64,000 bases of DNA from Lama guanicoe (Eukaryota): the NCBI GenBank assembly GCA_013239625.1, contig MU053376.1, positions 1,698,833 to 1,762,832 on the forward strand. Direction: 5' to 3'. A model generated the notes under the pieces. It saw only the letters and a program-made list of their open reading frames with translations. It did no database searches and was not told the DNA's origin. This document shows positions 1 through 12,800 of this stretch, one piece after another; within the stretch, counting starts at the first letter, position 1; each line of letters begins with the position of its first letter. Both the position numbers and the translations under genes were made by a program.

Positions 1-1007
1 TGGGGATAGACATCAAGAAGAGACTGTTTAAATAATGATGGTATGCCTATTCGATGGAACGCTGTGGAACCAGAATAAAACAACGAAAAAGCTCCAAAGA
101 AAAACCTCTCTATATATTGTTGGGTTAAAAAATGTTTTAACAGTATGTACAGTATACTACCATTGGTATACATTAAGAGGGGAAAAATACATGAGTTCCA
201 TTTTCTTGTATATGCATGAAATATCTCTGGAAGGATATACCAAGAAGCTGGTAGAATTGGATACTTTTTGAGAGGGGGACTAGGTGGATGGGGGCAGGGT
301 GAGAAAGAGGCTTTCATTGTATATCATTTTGTAGTTCTTGAGTATTGAATCATGTGACTGTGTTACTTTATCAGTTTTCTACTGCTGCTATAACAAATTA
401 CCACAAATGTGTTGGCTTAAAACAGCCCGAATGTATTATCATAAAGTTCTGTAGGTTGGAGGTTTGACCTGAGTTTCACTGGGTTACAGTCAAGGTGTCA
501 GAAGGGGTATGTTCCTCTCTGGAGGTTTTAGAGGAAAATCTGTTGCCTAGCTTTTCCTAGCCTCTAGAAGCTACCCATATTCCTTGGCTCATGGCCCCTT
601 CCTTCATCCTCAAAGCCAGCAATGTTGCATGTCTCTGACATCCTTCCATAGTCATATGTCCCTCTGACTACAGCCAGAGGTCCTTTTTTTTCCTTCCAGT
701 TTTATTGAGACATAACTGACACACAGCAGGGTGTAAGTTTAAGGTGTACAGCATACTGATTTGACTTACGTATACCATGAAATGATAATCACAATAAGTT
801 TAGTGAACATCCATCATCTGGTATAGATACAAAAATTAAAGGCATAGAAAAACAGATTTTTTTTTCCTTGTGTTGAGAACTCAGGATTTACTCTCTTAAC
901 AACTTTCGTGTATAACATATAGCAGTGTTCATTATATTTATCATGTTGTACCTAGTACTTATTTACCTTATAACTAGAACTTTGTACCTTCTGACTGTCT
1001 GCATCCA
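1..1007. repeat. Near-identical direct duplicate (copy A) of 2599-~3615
   Basis: Position 1 matches 2599 (offset 2598). The same 78-aa spurious ORF occurs at 35-271 and 2633-2869. Only a few SNPs and small indels differ. Confidence 0.95.
371..680 (-). mobile_element. MLT1-type (ERVL-MaLR) LTR fragment, duplicated at ~2970-3280
   Basis: Typical MLT1 motifs: 'tgctgctataacaaattaccacaaa...ggcttaaaaca' and 'ttccttggctcatggccccttcc..catcctcaaagccagcaa'. Confidence 0.75.
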
Positions 1008-1345
1008 CCTCAAAGCCAGCAATGTTGCATGTCTCTGACATCTTTCCATAGTCATATGTCCCTCTGACTACAGCCAGAGGTCCTTTTTTTCCCTTCCAGT
1101 TTTATTGAGACATAACTGACACACAGCAGGGTATAAGTTTAAGGTGTACAGCATACTGATTTGACTTACATATACCATGAAATGATTATCACAATAAGTT
1201 TAGTGAACATCCATCATCTGGTATAGATACAAAAATTAAAGGCATAGAAAAACAGATTTTTCTTCCTTGTGTTGAGAACTCAGGATTTACTCTCTTAACA
1301 ACTTTCGTGTATAACATATAGCAGTGTTCATTATATTTATCATGT
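1008..1345. repeat. Third copy (B) of the segment at 608-945 / 3207-3545
   Basis: 'cctcaaagccagcaatgttgcatg...' restarts at 1008 (offset 400 from 608) and runs to 'ttatcatgt' at 1345. Confidence 0.95.
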
Positions 1346-1505
1346 ATACAGGAAACTATATTCATTTTCTTATAATAACATATAATGGAAAAGAATCTGA
1401 AAAGAAAATATAAATATGTATTATATGTATAAGTGAATCACTTTGCTGTACAACTGAAGCTAACGTTGCAAATTAACTACATTTCAATATAAATTTTTTT
1501 TAAGA
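1346..1505 (+). mobile_element. L1 3' UTR fragment
   Basis: 'ggaaactatattca...taatggaaaagaatctgaaaa...tgaatcactttgctgtaca.ctgaagctaac' matches the other L1 3' ends here (32300-32540, 52090-52310). Confidence 0.7.
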
Positions 1506-3280
1506 AAAAGAATGCTGTCAAGGCTTCCACCTGTCCTTAATTTTTACTATGTGATCAGGGAATAAACTATTTAAAATCTAGAGAATGAAAACACTCTCTG
1601 ACCCTTCGTTTCCTTATCTGTGAATTGGGGCTGTTAGGAAAATTAAATACAAGCATATGTGAAGATTTTGCGTGACACATAGTAAATGATCGATAAATAC
1701 CTGCTTGAAATTTTATTATAAGGAAAGATACATTATCCTTAGGCAAACGAGACAGAAATCCAATGATTTCCTTCGTTATCTCGCTGGGCTTCGTTTTCAG
1801 ATTTCTAATGATGGCGGTCTCACCTCGGCACCTTTCTCGAATGCTTTTATTTCCTCTACCAGGACTGCTGGACTCTCTGAATCAGTTCCCATCCTGGAAT
1901 TTCCTCAAGCACCCACAGGGTAGGATTTAGGCAGTAGCTAAATAGGCAAAAGGCAGAATTTTAATCTCAGGATCTTGTTTAAAGTGACTTTGTCTCCACT
2001 CCTAAAAACTTATATTTGTTCCTAGTCCATTAAACATTTTGGAAACCTACAGAAGGAAAACATACACTAGAGATGCAATTAAGATGATGTCTATTCTGGG
2101 ACACCAAGATACTTATCTGAGCTTCCTTTCAGGTTTCTCAAGCTTCTTTTATCTGAGAGCCTCCAAGTGGAGCCCCATCACTAAAGTCTTGGCAAACACC
2201 ATTCATTTCTTTATACAAAAATCAGGGCACCTAGTCTCATTGATCCTATTTCAGAGACAAGAAATCCAAGTCCCCAAGAGACCTCTTCCCCAAAAGGGCA
2301 AGATGCAAGCTTAGGAAATGGAGGGCCTTCTACACCAAATTCTCACACAGGCGTCCACTGTTCTGTCCCTGGCCAGAGATGACAAAGGCTTTGAGTGGGT
2401 GGAGATGGAGCACTAGGAAAGAAGTGGGCATAGAACACACAGGATGTGATGCTGGATTGGATGGGGATGGAGCGGAAAGATCCGGGATGGCTCCTGGAAT
2501 TTGTCCCACAGACACACTTTGTTCTGTGCAAAATGCTGCTAGTTCAAGGTTTTTTGTTTTTTGTTTCTTCATCAAGGATTGCTTGTGATGGGAAAGCTTG
2601 GGGATAGACATCAAGAAGAGACTGTTTAAATAATGATGGTATGCCTATTCGATGGAACGCTGTGGAACCAGAATAAAACAACGAAAAAGCTCCAAAGAAA
2701 AACCTCTCTATATATTGTTGGGTTAAAAAATGTTTTAACAGTATGTACAGTATACTACCATTGGTATACATTAAGAGGGGAAAAATACATGAGTTCCATT
2801 TTCTTGTATATGCATGAAATATCTCTGGAAGGATATACCAAGAAGCTGGTAGAATTGGATACTTTTTGAGAGGGGGACTAGGTGGATGGGGGCAGGGTGA
2901 GAAAGAGGCTTGTCATTGTATATCATTTTGTAGTTCTTGAGTATTGAATCATGTGACTGTGTTACTTTATCAGTTTTCTACTGCTGCTATAACAAATTAC
3001 CACAAATGTGTTGGCTTAAAACAGCCCGAATGTATTATCATAAAGTTCTGTAGGTTGGAGGTTTGACCTGAGTTTCACTGGGTTACAGTCAAGGTGTCAG
3101 AAGGGGTATGTTCCTCTCTGGAGGTTTTAGAGGAAAATCTGTTGCCTAGCTTTTCCTAGCCTCTAGAAGCTACCCGTATTCCTTGGCTCATGGCCCCTTC
3201 CTTCATCCTCAAAGCCAGCAATGTTGCATGTCTCTGACATCTTTCCATAGTCATATGTCCCTCTGACTACAGCCAGAGGT

Positions 3281-4481
3281 CCTTTTTTTCCCTTCCAGTT
3301 TTATTGAGACATAACTGACACACAGCAGGGTATAAGTTTAAGGTGTACAGCATACTGATTTGACTTACATATACCATGAAATGATTATCACAATAAGTTT
3401 AGTGAACATCCATCATCTGGTATAGATACAAAAATTAAAGGCATAGAAAAACAGATTTTTCTTCCTTGTGTTGAGAACTCAGGATTTACTCTCTTAACAA
3501 CTTTCGTGTATAACATATAGCAGTGTTCATTATATTTATCATGTTGTACCTTATATCCCTAGTACTTATTTACCTTATAACTAGAACTTTGTACCTTCTG
3601 ACTGTCTGCATCCAATTCCCCCTCTCCCCACCACCCACCTTTGGTAACCACAAATCTGATCTCTTTTTCTGGGAGTTTGTTTCTGAAGTATAATTGACCT
3701 ACAACACTGTGTTAGTTCCTGTTACACAACATAGTGATCTGATATTTCTATACATTTCAAAATGGTCATCACAAAAAGCCTAGTTACCATCTGTCACCAT
3801 ACGAAGATGTCACATAGTAATTGACTATATTCCCCACATTGTACATTTCATCCCTGTCATTCATTTATTTTGCAACTGGAAGTTGGTACCTCTTAATCTC
3901 CCTCACCTATTTCTCCTCTCCCCTCCCCTCTTCTGCTCTGGCAACCACATGTTTGTTCTCTGTATCTATGACTCTGTTTCTGTTTTGTTATGTTTGTTCA
4001 ATTTAAAGTCTTCTTTAATTTCCTTCATCAGTGGTTTATAGTTTTCTGTGTATAATTCTTTCACCTCCTTGGTTAGATTTATACCACATCTTCTTTACCC
4101 ATTCATCTACTGATGGGCACTTAGGTTGCCTCCATATCTTGACTATTATAAATAATGCTGCAATGCACATAGTGGACTGCAACGCACGTAGTGGTGCATA
4201 TATCTTTCCTAATTAGTGTTTTCCTTTTCTTTGGATAAATATCCAGGAGTGGATCGTATGGTAGTTCAATTTTTAGTTTTTTGAGGAAACTCCATACTGT
4301 TTTCCGTAGTGGCTGCACCAGGTTACATTCCCACCAACAGCGCGTAAAGTTTCCATTTACTCCATATCCTGGCCAACACTCACTATTTGTTGTCTTTTTG
4401 ATGAAAGCCATCCTGACAGGTGTGAGGTGATATCTTACTGTGGTTTTGATTTGCATTTCACTGATGACTGGTGATGTTGAG
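3281..4481 (-). mobile_element. L1 3' portion (ORF2 C-terminus plus 3' UTR) inserted in an MLT1 LTR
   Basis: Minus-strand ORF 4121-4501 reads '[22 protein letters not shown]...[30 protein letters not shown]', an L1 ORF2 C-terminus. Poly-T at ~3282. Confidence 0.9.
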
Positions 4482-4676
4482 CCAGCAAGAGATCCTTCCA
4501 AGTGCTCCTGTGATTAGATTCAACCCACCCAGACAATCCGGGATAATTTCTCCATCTCAAGGTCTGTAATTTAATCCCATGTGCAAAGTCCCTTGAGTCA
4601 TGCAAGGTAACATATTCACAGATATCAGGAATTTGAATATGAACATCTTTAGGGGCCATTTTTCTGCCTACCACAA
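4482..4676 (-). mobile_element. Remainder of the MLT1 LTR split by the L1
   Basis: 'gattagatt...cccacccagacaatcc.ggataat...ttaatcccat.tgcaaagtccc...ggggccatttttctgcctaccaca' is the MLT1 terminus. Confidence 0.75.
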
Positions 4677-5159
4677 TGACCTACTCAAAAAACATTTAAT
4701 GCAAAATAGAGATGCCTCCTAAACTTTTGGTTTGAGTTATTGCAGAGGATAGCGGAGTTCTTTACTAAGTACAGGCTCAGGGCAGCAGAAGCAAATTGAA
4801 GGAGGGGGAGAATCTATGTCTTTTAGGGGGCATATTAATTTTGAGATGCTAGTAGAATTTCCAGGGGTGATAATCAGTTTGACACTTGAATTTACAAGTC
4901 TGGTTCTCTCATGAAACTTGGGGCTGGAGATATAAATTTGGGAGATGTGTAGAAAGTGGCTAAAGTCGTTCAACTAGCCTAGAACTCCTAGGAGGGTGCA
5001 TGGATGGAGAAGAGCAGAAGCCCGCAGGTGGGTGAAGGAGGAAGAAGGAGCAGATAGGGCCAAGGACGAGCATGGTGATGATGCAAGAAAACCACGTTAC
5101 CCCTTCCACGAGGCTTCGGGCCAGTTTATCTCCATCACATTCCCTTGTCCATTTCATTT

Positions 5160-5350
5160 GCAAGGATGAGCACAATCTGTAGTTCTTTTTTATTGTATCT
5201 TAATTGCCTGCGTCTCCCCCACCACCCTGTGAGCTCCAGGAGAGCAGAGCTCTGGCCATCTGGTCCACTGCTGTATCCCCAGCACCCAGCCCAGTGCCTG
5301 GCTCAGAGGAGGCACTCAATAAGTCTCTGTTGAATGAAAGAGTGAATAAA
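5160..5350 (+). mobile_element. L2 3' end
   Basis: 'cactgctgtatccccagcacc...cagtgcctggc...cactcaataa...tgttgaatgaa...tgaat'. Confidence 0.75.
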
Positions 5351-5889
5351 AACGAATAATCCATACCCTTACCCCCAATCCATAAACAAAGAAGACGGCT
5401 CTACGACTTAAAAGTTAAGGGAAAAATAGTGCAGATTTTCTATAGCCTCCACTGACTACTCCCCCACGTAGGGCTGCATATGAGTTCTCTACAAAGTTGA
5501 TTTTAAAGCATAAGAAAGATATCTCTGTTCCACTTGGTGTCAGCCTGCTTGAAATTCCACCCTTGTCCACTGATTCCCTAGAGTGAGACATTACCTTCTC
5601 AGCATAGCGCCCAGCACCCAGCCAACACTCAGTACATTTTAGCTATTCTTTTTATTTGGTCTTTTAGAAATGCAAAGATCCCCAGGAAAGATGGCCCACT
5701 GAGTCACTATCTCCTTAGTATGGAATAGTTTCTCAGCAGTTAAAGAAGGACCTCAGGATGGGAGCAGGAGTGGAAATGTAGAGAGGGGTTCCAAAAAACA
5801 CCAGGGAATCTAAAGCCAACCTCAATTTGTGGTTTGCTGAAGCCCACATCGGCACAGCATGAAGCAAGCAGCACCAGCCACTGGCGGTT

Positions 5890-6128
5890 CATTTCGGGGG
5901 GCGGTGTGAGTCTCCCTCTGAGCGCAGCCAGGCGGTGGAGGAAATGAAGAGGCTCTCAAGGGAGGGGCAAGGGGGCAAGGGAGAGAGGCTGAGGCAGGGC
6001 GGCAGAGAGCAGACAGTGAGAGCCGCTGCCCCTTCAGCATGGATGGCTCCTCCCGCTGCGGCTGCTCGCCCAGGAGACAGGTAACCGGTTCCCTGGAGGG
6101 CTGACACTTCACTTTCAGTTTCTTTCCT
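5890..6128. promoter_or_regulatory. Candidate promoter/enhancer with GC box and ETS/IRF (ISRE-like) motifs
   Basis: Local CpG/GC enrichment, GGGGCGG at ~5898, GGAAATGAA at ~5940, and CACTTCACTTTCAGTTTCTTTCC at 6105-6127 (reverse: GGAAAGAAACTGAAAGTGAAGTG). Confidence 0.4.
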
Positions 6129-6544
6129 ACATGTCTGGAATCTGAGCTCAACAAGGATCAAGTGGGCACTAGGTAGCCTAGAAGGATGCGAGAGGCACCC
6201 GCTTCCCTTAAACTGCTCCCTGCGGTTCTGTGTATTGCCAGCCCCCAAGTTAGACGCATAATCTGACAGCTGTTTATGTAGACGATGGGAAGGGATGTTG
6301 TCCATGGGGTTAAGGCATGTCTAAGGCTCATAGGAAAAGGACTGAGCTGCAGGTTTAGTGTCTTATGATAAGTAGCTTGGGGACCCACAGGCAAATGTAT
6401 ATTGTTGGGTAAAAAAATCTTCCCCATTTTTCCCAAGATCCTAAACTAGACAGTGAGTCCCTTGAGGCCAGGAACCATGCTCTAAATTGGACCTTAACCC
6501 AGCAAGGGGTTGGCATGTGGGGATTTGTCTACACACACGCGTGG

Positions 6545-6832
6545 CCCAATACTGTGAGCACTTGAAATGAGGCTAGCCTGAATTGAGATGTGTTAGAGGT
6601 GTAATGTGCATTCCGATTTTGAAGACTTAGTAGGAAAAAAAGAAAAGAACATAAGATATCTCATTCATAATTTTTATATTAGTACAAGTTGAAAAGACCA
6701 TATTTTGGATGTATTGAGTTAAATAAATATATTACTAAGATAAATGCCATCTGTTTCTTTTTTACTTTCTTTAATGTGGCTACTAGATCATTTGGAATTA
6801 CATGTGTGACTAGCATTGTATTTCTACTGGAG
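6545..6832. mobile_element. hAT-Charlie MITE (MER33/MER3-like)
   Basis: 'gagcacttgaaatg.ggctag...aattgagatgtg' through 'tttaatgtggctactaga...ttacatgtgtgact.gcattgtatttcta'. Confidence 0.65.
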
Positions 6833-7442
6833 ACCTCTAGTCTATACGGCCCTGGCTTCCTTTCTCCCACACTTTCCGGCTCCCCTCAAATCTCTAATCA
6901 GACTAGACTCCGTTTGTCCTGAGCATCTAAAGCCCTCAGACTCTGTTATTGGCCAGAGTAAGATCTCCTGTGTATTTTATGTTTGTTAAATCATGATTAC
7001 ACTGTAGCATGCTTTGCTCACATATGTAATCTGCAACCACACCCTTTGTTCTAGGATAAAGAAATTCAGGTTACAGCAAGTAGGAGGGGGACCAACTTTT
7101 ATTAAGCGCCAGGGCTACCAACTTCACAAATATTATCTCCTTTAAGTCTATTTCCATGACAGCTCCGTGGGGTGGGCATTATTTACCTTTTCCTATAAAG
7201 TAACTGAAGCTCTGAGAGCTCTGGGAACCTGCCCAAGATTACCTGCCTCGCAGGAGGCATGGGGTCAGAACTTGAAATCTGGTGTCTTTGGCTCAAGGGC
7301 AAGTTTTCCCCCAAGCACTAGTATGAGGTTTCATTTTTGCATCATTTGAAATGAGACTCCAGGGGTCCCCCCACTTATCTGTGGGTCCTATTATGCCTGC
7401 ACGTGGAAGGGGCTCACCAAGGAGACCCTGGACAATACATCC

Positions 7443-8130
7443 TTTTTTTTTTTTAAATTGAAGTATAGTCAATTTACAAGGTTTGTCAATTTCTGGTGTA
7501 CAACATAAAGTTTCAGTCATACATGTATATACGTGTATTCGTTTTCATATTCTTTTTCATTATAGATTTCTACAAGATATTGAGTATAGTTCTCTGTGCT
7601 CTACAGTAGAAACTTGTTTATCTATTTTATATATAGTAGTTAGTATCTGCAAATCTCAAACTACCAGTTTAGCCCTTCCCACACTCTTCCTCCCTGGTAA
7701 CTATAAGTTTGTTCTCTATGTCTATGAATCTGTTTCTCTTTTGTAAATAAGTTCATTTGAGTCTTGTTTGTTTGTTTGTTTTTAGATTCCACATATAAGT
7801 GATATCATATGATATTCTTGTTTCTCTTTCTGGCTTACTTCACTTAGACTGACGATCTCCAGGTCCATCCATGTTGCAGCAAATGGCATTATTTTATTCT
7901 TTTTTGTCACTGAGTAGTATTCCATTCTGTATACACACCATAACTTCTTTATCCAGTCATCTGTCAATGGACATTTAGGTTGCTTCCCTGTCTTGGCTAT
8001 TGTAAATAGTGCTGCTATGAACATTGGGGTGCATGTATCTTTTCAAATTAGAATTCTCTCCAGATATATGCCCAGAAGTGGGATTGCTGAATCATAGGGT
8101 AAGTCTAGTTTTAGTGTTTTTTTTTTTTCT
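7443..8130 (-). mobile_element. 5'-truncated L1 (ORF2 end plus 3' UTR)
   Basis: ORF 7782-8024 'MFIAALFTIAKTGKQPKCP...KIMPFAATWMDLEIVSLSEVSQ' is an L1 ORF2 C-terminus. Poly-T at 7443. Confidence 0.92.
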
Positions 8131-8308
8131 TAAAGAATCTCCTGAACGATTCATTTTTTATCACAGGTTTCTAGGTGGTGCAAAAAATGAGCCCAGAGCT
8201 GGGTCTCAGAACACTTGGGTGGGTTCTATTTCTGGCCTGGCCCCTAACTTACTAAGTGGCCTAGGATGGGTAGCTTTCACCTCTGTAAAAACAAAGACGA
8301 CCTCAAGA

Positions 8309-8410
8309 GGGTGGTGGGTATAGTTCAGTGGTAGATCCACATACCTGGCACACAGGAGGTTTTGGGTTTAATCCTCAGTACCTCCATTAAAATAAAAAGT
8401 TAAAAAAAAA
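8309..8410 (+). mobile_element. tRNA-derived SINE (vic-1-like), diverged
   Basis: A-box-like 'gggtatagttcagtggtaga', B-box-like 'gggtttaatcctcagtacctcca', A-rich tail. Confidence 0.75.
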
Positions 8411-9382
8411 CACAAAATGAGTGAAACAAGGGGACTTTTACAACTGTGATCTCAGGTCTGCTGGCTGGGGAAACCCAATTAGGTTGCCCTTGTCACTTAA
8501 TCATTGATTAAGTGTACACCTGGAATTAGAGGATTTTTTTAATAAGATTTTTTTTTGGACACTCTGAGAACATATTATTTGCTCATGTCCAAATGTCTGT
8601 GGAAGATGCTGAAGACTAAGTTCCAGACCAGGGAGCCAATGTTGTGTGGGTGGGCAAGAAACCTCAAGTTCCTTTTCAAGGATCAGGGGGCTTTTGCTGC
8701 CCGCCCACACGGCAGGCATTTTCCAGAGCAGTTTCATGCTGGTGCGTGTCATGGGAATTTCGATCTGATTTCATTGCTCTAATGACTAGAAAGCCTCATT
8801 ATCTGTTTAGCAGATCGGAGAGGAATGCCAGTCTCCCCACAAATCTGCTTATTAATCTTCCCTGAAAAGCTGCTTTATGGCGGCATCAAAGCTGGGGGCC
8901 CTGAGAAGTACTCTCTTTAGGCGTCTGACAGCCTCTCGCAGTGTCAGAGCTGAATGAAAAGAGCAAGTGAATCCAGCCTGGGGGCTCGAGTCTACCACTG
9001 AGCTCCCTAAGCCCCCCCGTCCCCCACACCCCAACTCAGGCCTTCCTCAAGCCTCCGTATTCAATGCCTGCTGCCTGCTGCTAAGAAGGCCTAGGAAGGC
9101 AGATTTTCCAAAAGAGTTACCATTTCTTGTTCTCAGTCTCTGGAGGGGAAATCTAAGTGCCCTGCCGTAGTTAGTTCTAAATGGATTTCGGAGTGAATAG
9201 TGACTTTTATCTCTCCAACGTGGCAGAGCTCTACATTAATTCACTGCTGGTCTTTGAGGACTTGATGTTTGAAAAAATAGGCCAGGGAATAGATCCTTTA
9301 TCTGAATCCCTTTGAAACTTGGCTCTGGGGTTCCAAGGTGGGGTGGGGAAAAGGGACAGAAAGAACTGTTAGTAAGGATTTC

Positions 9383-10120
9383 TTTTTTTTTTTAATTTTA
9401 TTTTTTATTGAAGCGTAGTTGATTTACAATGTTAGTTTCAAGTGTGCAGCAAAGCAATTCAGTTATACGCATACACACACACATATATATATAACATACA
9501 TAAATTTTTCAGATTGTTTTCCATTATATGTTAATATAAGAAATTGAATATAGTTCCCTGTGCTCTACAGTAGGTCCTTGTTGTTTAACTATTTTATATA
9601 TAGTAATGTGTATCTGTTAATCCCAAATTCCTAATTTATCCCTCCCCTGACCTTGCCTCTTTGGTAACCATAGTTTGTTTTCTATGTCCATGAGTCTATT
9701 TTTGGTTTGTAAATAAAATTTGTATCATTTTTTTAGATTCCATATATATAACTGATATATGAAATTTGTCTCTCTCTGACTTACTTCACTTAATATGATA
9801 ATTCTAAATCTGTCCATGTTGCTGCAAATAGCCTTATTTCATTTTTTATGGCTGAGTAATATTCCGCTGTCCATCTATCTATGTATCTATCAATCTATCT
9901 GTCCACCACATCTTCTTTATCTATTCATCTGTCAATGGATATGTAAGTTGTTTCCATTGGCTATTGTAAATAGTGTTGCTATGAACATTGGGTGCGTGTG
10001 TCCTTTAGAATTAGAATTTTCTCCAGATATATGCCCAGGAGTGGGATTGCTGGATTGTATGGCAAGCACAGTTTTAGTTTTTTAAGAAACCTCCATACTG
10101 TCCTCCATACATGACCAACA
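9383..10120 (-). mobile_element. 5'-truncated L1 with 9-bp target-site duplication
   Basis: Antisense L1 3' UTR/ORF2 end. TSD 'aaggatttc' at 9374-9382 and 10121-10129. Confidence 0.88.
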
Positions 10121-12049
10121 AAGGATTTCAAAACCTATTTTTTTCTTAAGTGTGTTTACCAGCAGCAGGTGTCTGTCTATTGTTCAATGTATTCCATGCC
10201 TACTAACTAGTCAGGGACTCTTGGCTAACACTGAGTGGCTGAAAAAAAGGGAGGGAAGCATCTTATATGAACAAAAGTTCTAGTAAGTTACTTTTGGAAA
10301 ACAAATAACAAACTAGCTTTTTAAAAAGTCTTTCAGCATGTCAACAGTGGAGATGGTCAAGGCATCCGGTTACCTTCAAATTAAATTTGTCTGTGAGAAT
10401 ATGTAACAAAAGACCACGGGGGTAACCGAAACTTGTAGACAGCAGCTTTGATGGGAAGAACCAGATAAAGATGTTCTTCAGTTTTGCTGAAGCTTGTTAT
10501 TTGGTCCCCCTAAAAGACCATGACCTTCAGAAACAGGGGCTACTTCTGAAAAAAGAAAGGCAAAAACGAAAAGGCTTAACCTTAACAAGGCTGTAAGGAT
10601 GCGTCATTACCCCAGGCAAGAGTTCGACTTCTGAAACCGCTGAGGGAAATTTATGTCTGTTTTTAACTGGGTCCAGAGCCTTTCAAAGCAGGGAGCGCAC
10701 AGTAGGCACTCAATAAATGCTGAATGAGCAGGAGGTGATGAGGAGTCAGCCATTTTCTGACTTGTCACTCTCTGGCCCTCTCACCTGCTCCTAAAGCTGC
10801 TGGAAGGGCTCTGCGTACTCAAAAACAGAAAAATGCAGCAGGGCGCACGTATGTCCATTCAGTGGTCCACAGAGTGATGGAGAGAAGGCCAAGCACCCCT
10901 CCTAAGAGCTCAGCCACATGTCGCTGTTTGAATGCAAGTCTTGACATCCTGACAGAGCAGGCGTGGCAGTGCTGTTCTGGTCGTGCTGGGTGGGGGATGA
11001 AGACAGGGAGGCAGTGGAGAAGGGGTGATAGAGGACAGCTCCCTTGGGGCCGATGCTGTGGGTGCTGTAGAGCCTGGGGAAAGGGCTTCAGGGGGGCCTG
11101 ATAGGATGCTGACCTCTCTTCCCCCACAACACATCAGGCGATCCAAGTCCTTCCTCTAAGCAGCACAAATAGAAAAAGACCCAGAAAAACTGGCTGGAAT
11201 GTTCGGCCGGTGATGGACGGTGGAGGCCAGGAGATCTGGGACTAGAACCAACAGAAGTCCGTGTCGCAGGCGCGGATTCTCCCTGAGCCATCAACCTCAC
11301 TCTTGCTCTTACCAGCTTGCTTTCTTTCCCCATGGCCCCTCCTGCTTTGTAACATGTTAATTTAACGCCTACTCTGCACACAGCTTTGAATTTCAAAATG
11401 AGCTAAATACAAAGTGACTCAGGCACTGGGTGCACTGGATTAGGGTGACATTTACTGAAATGTGCTCTAAAATAGATCGTAGGAAACTGGAGATCGTCTA
11501 ACCCTTGCTCATCACACATCAAGATAGATTCATGGCAGAAAAACAGGTCCATTGCAGAGCTGCTTCACTGACGTATATTAAAAGTAGCAAGCGTTACTAG
11601 AAAGAGGTCAGAGCCCCAGGATAAATTTGAGCTTTGTTAGATGCAAAGAGACAGGTGCTGTAAATCGAAGGGGAAAATGAGGCGTGGTGAAAAGACGTTT
11701 TACTGTCAGGAGAATTTTTTTGTTTTCTCCAGCCGCGGGGTTCGCAGGCAGCTTCAGTTATGACCAGGGCACCTTTTGGCAATTCCATCCGCCTCTGAAC
11801 ATTTCTTTTGAAAAACCATCTTCACTTTCCCAAGCTTCTGTTATCTCGGTCCTGGAGGTCTCAGAGTTCTCCATGCCTCTCTCTCCCGCTCTCCTAATTT
11901 CAATTCTCTTCCTTCTTGGGAGAACCACTCTCCCCTTTGAAAATCAACCTTGAGAGGGCCTGACGCCCTGGAGGGTGGGAGGCAGCTCTCTCCCCACCTG
12001 CTCTCTCCTCTTCTATCTTTTTCTTCCTCTCCTCTCTCAACACAATATA

Positions 12050-12800
12050 CACTCACTGCAGAAAAATTGGAAAACACTGAGGTGTAAGAAAGGAGAATAT
12101 GAAAGTCATGAGGAATCTCACCATCCAGAGATAATTACTGTGAACATTTTGGGTATTTGCCTTTCTGTGATGTGGACGTGGAAAGATGGCCATAATATAT
12201 TGCTAAGTGGGGGAAAAAAATAGTGCACACACACAGACACTCACACATACAGTGTCTTCATTTTAATGGAATATTTATTTAACACTGTGCTGTGTTACCT
12301 GCCTTGTGTTGACTTGACAATATGGTGTGAAATCTTTCCCTGTCGATAAATCTGTTTCCACAGGTCACTTCAATGGTTAAATCTTAATTCTGCTTTGTGG
12401 ATGTCCCACATCTGACACGACAGCCCACTATTCCTGGGTATTAAGAGTGTTTCTTCACTGCCGCTCTTGTAAATGACTCAGTAGTCACCCCTGTTATGGC
12501 TGAATCTCTGCACACATCCTGGCCTATTTCCTCAGGATGAATTCCTCTAAATGGAGTTGCTGGGGTCAAAGAAGCGTGGACATTTTGAGGGCTTTTTGAT
12601 GCACACCTTCAAATTGTTCTTCAAAAAGATTTTAACAATTTGCTCTCCTTCCAGAGAGTCTTCAGAACATTTGTCAAGGCTGATTATTTTCATTCCTTTT
12701 TTTAAAAAAAAATGGTTTTAAATTGTTGTTTAAACTTAACTTCAGTTATTAGTGAGATGGAAGTTATTTAAAAATATATGCTTCTAGCCATTTGCATGTG
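12050..12800 (-). mobile_element. Old L1M 3' UTR fragment
   Basis: Degenerate motifs: 'ccatccagagataattactgtgaacattttgg', 'tatttcctcaggatgaattcct', 'tattagtgagatggaa', 'agccatttgcatg'. Confidence 0.6.

Noticed and set aside
35..271. Identical 78-aa ORF appearing twice (also 2633-2869)
   Set aside because: It results from the local duplication, has no ATG context or domain features, and overlaps degenerate L1-like sequence.
11560..11590. TGACGTA plus TATTAAAA promoter-like motif
   Set aside because: Isolated short motifs with no supported downstream exon.
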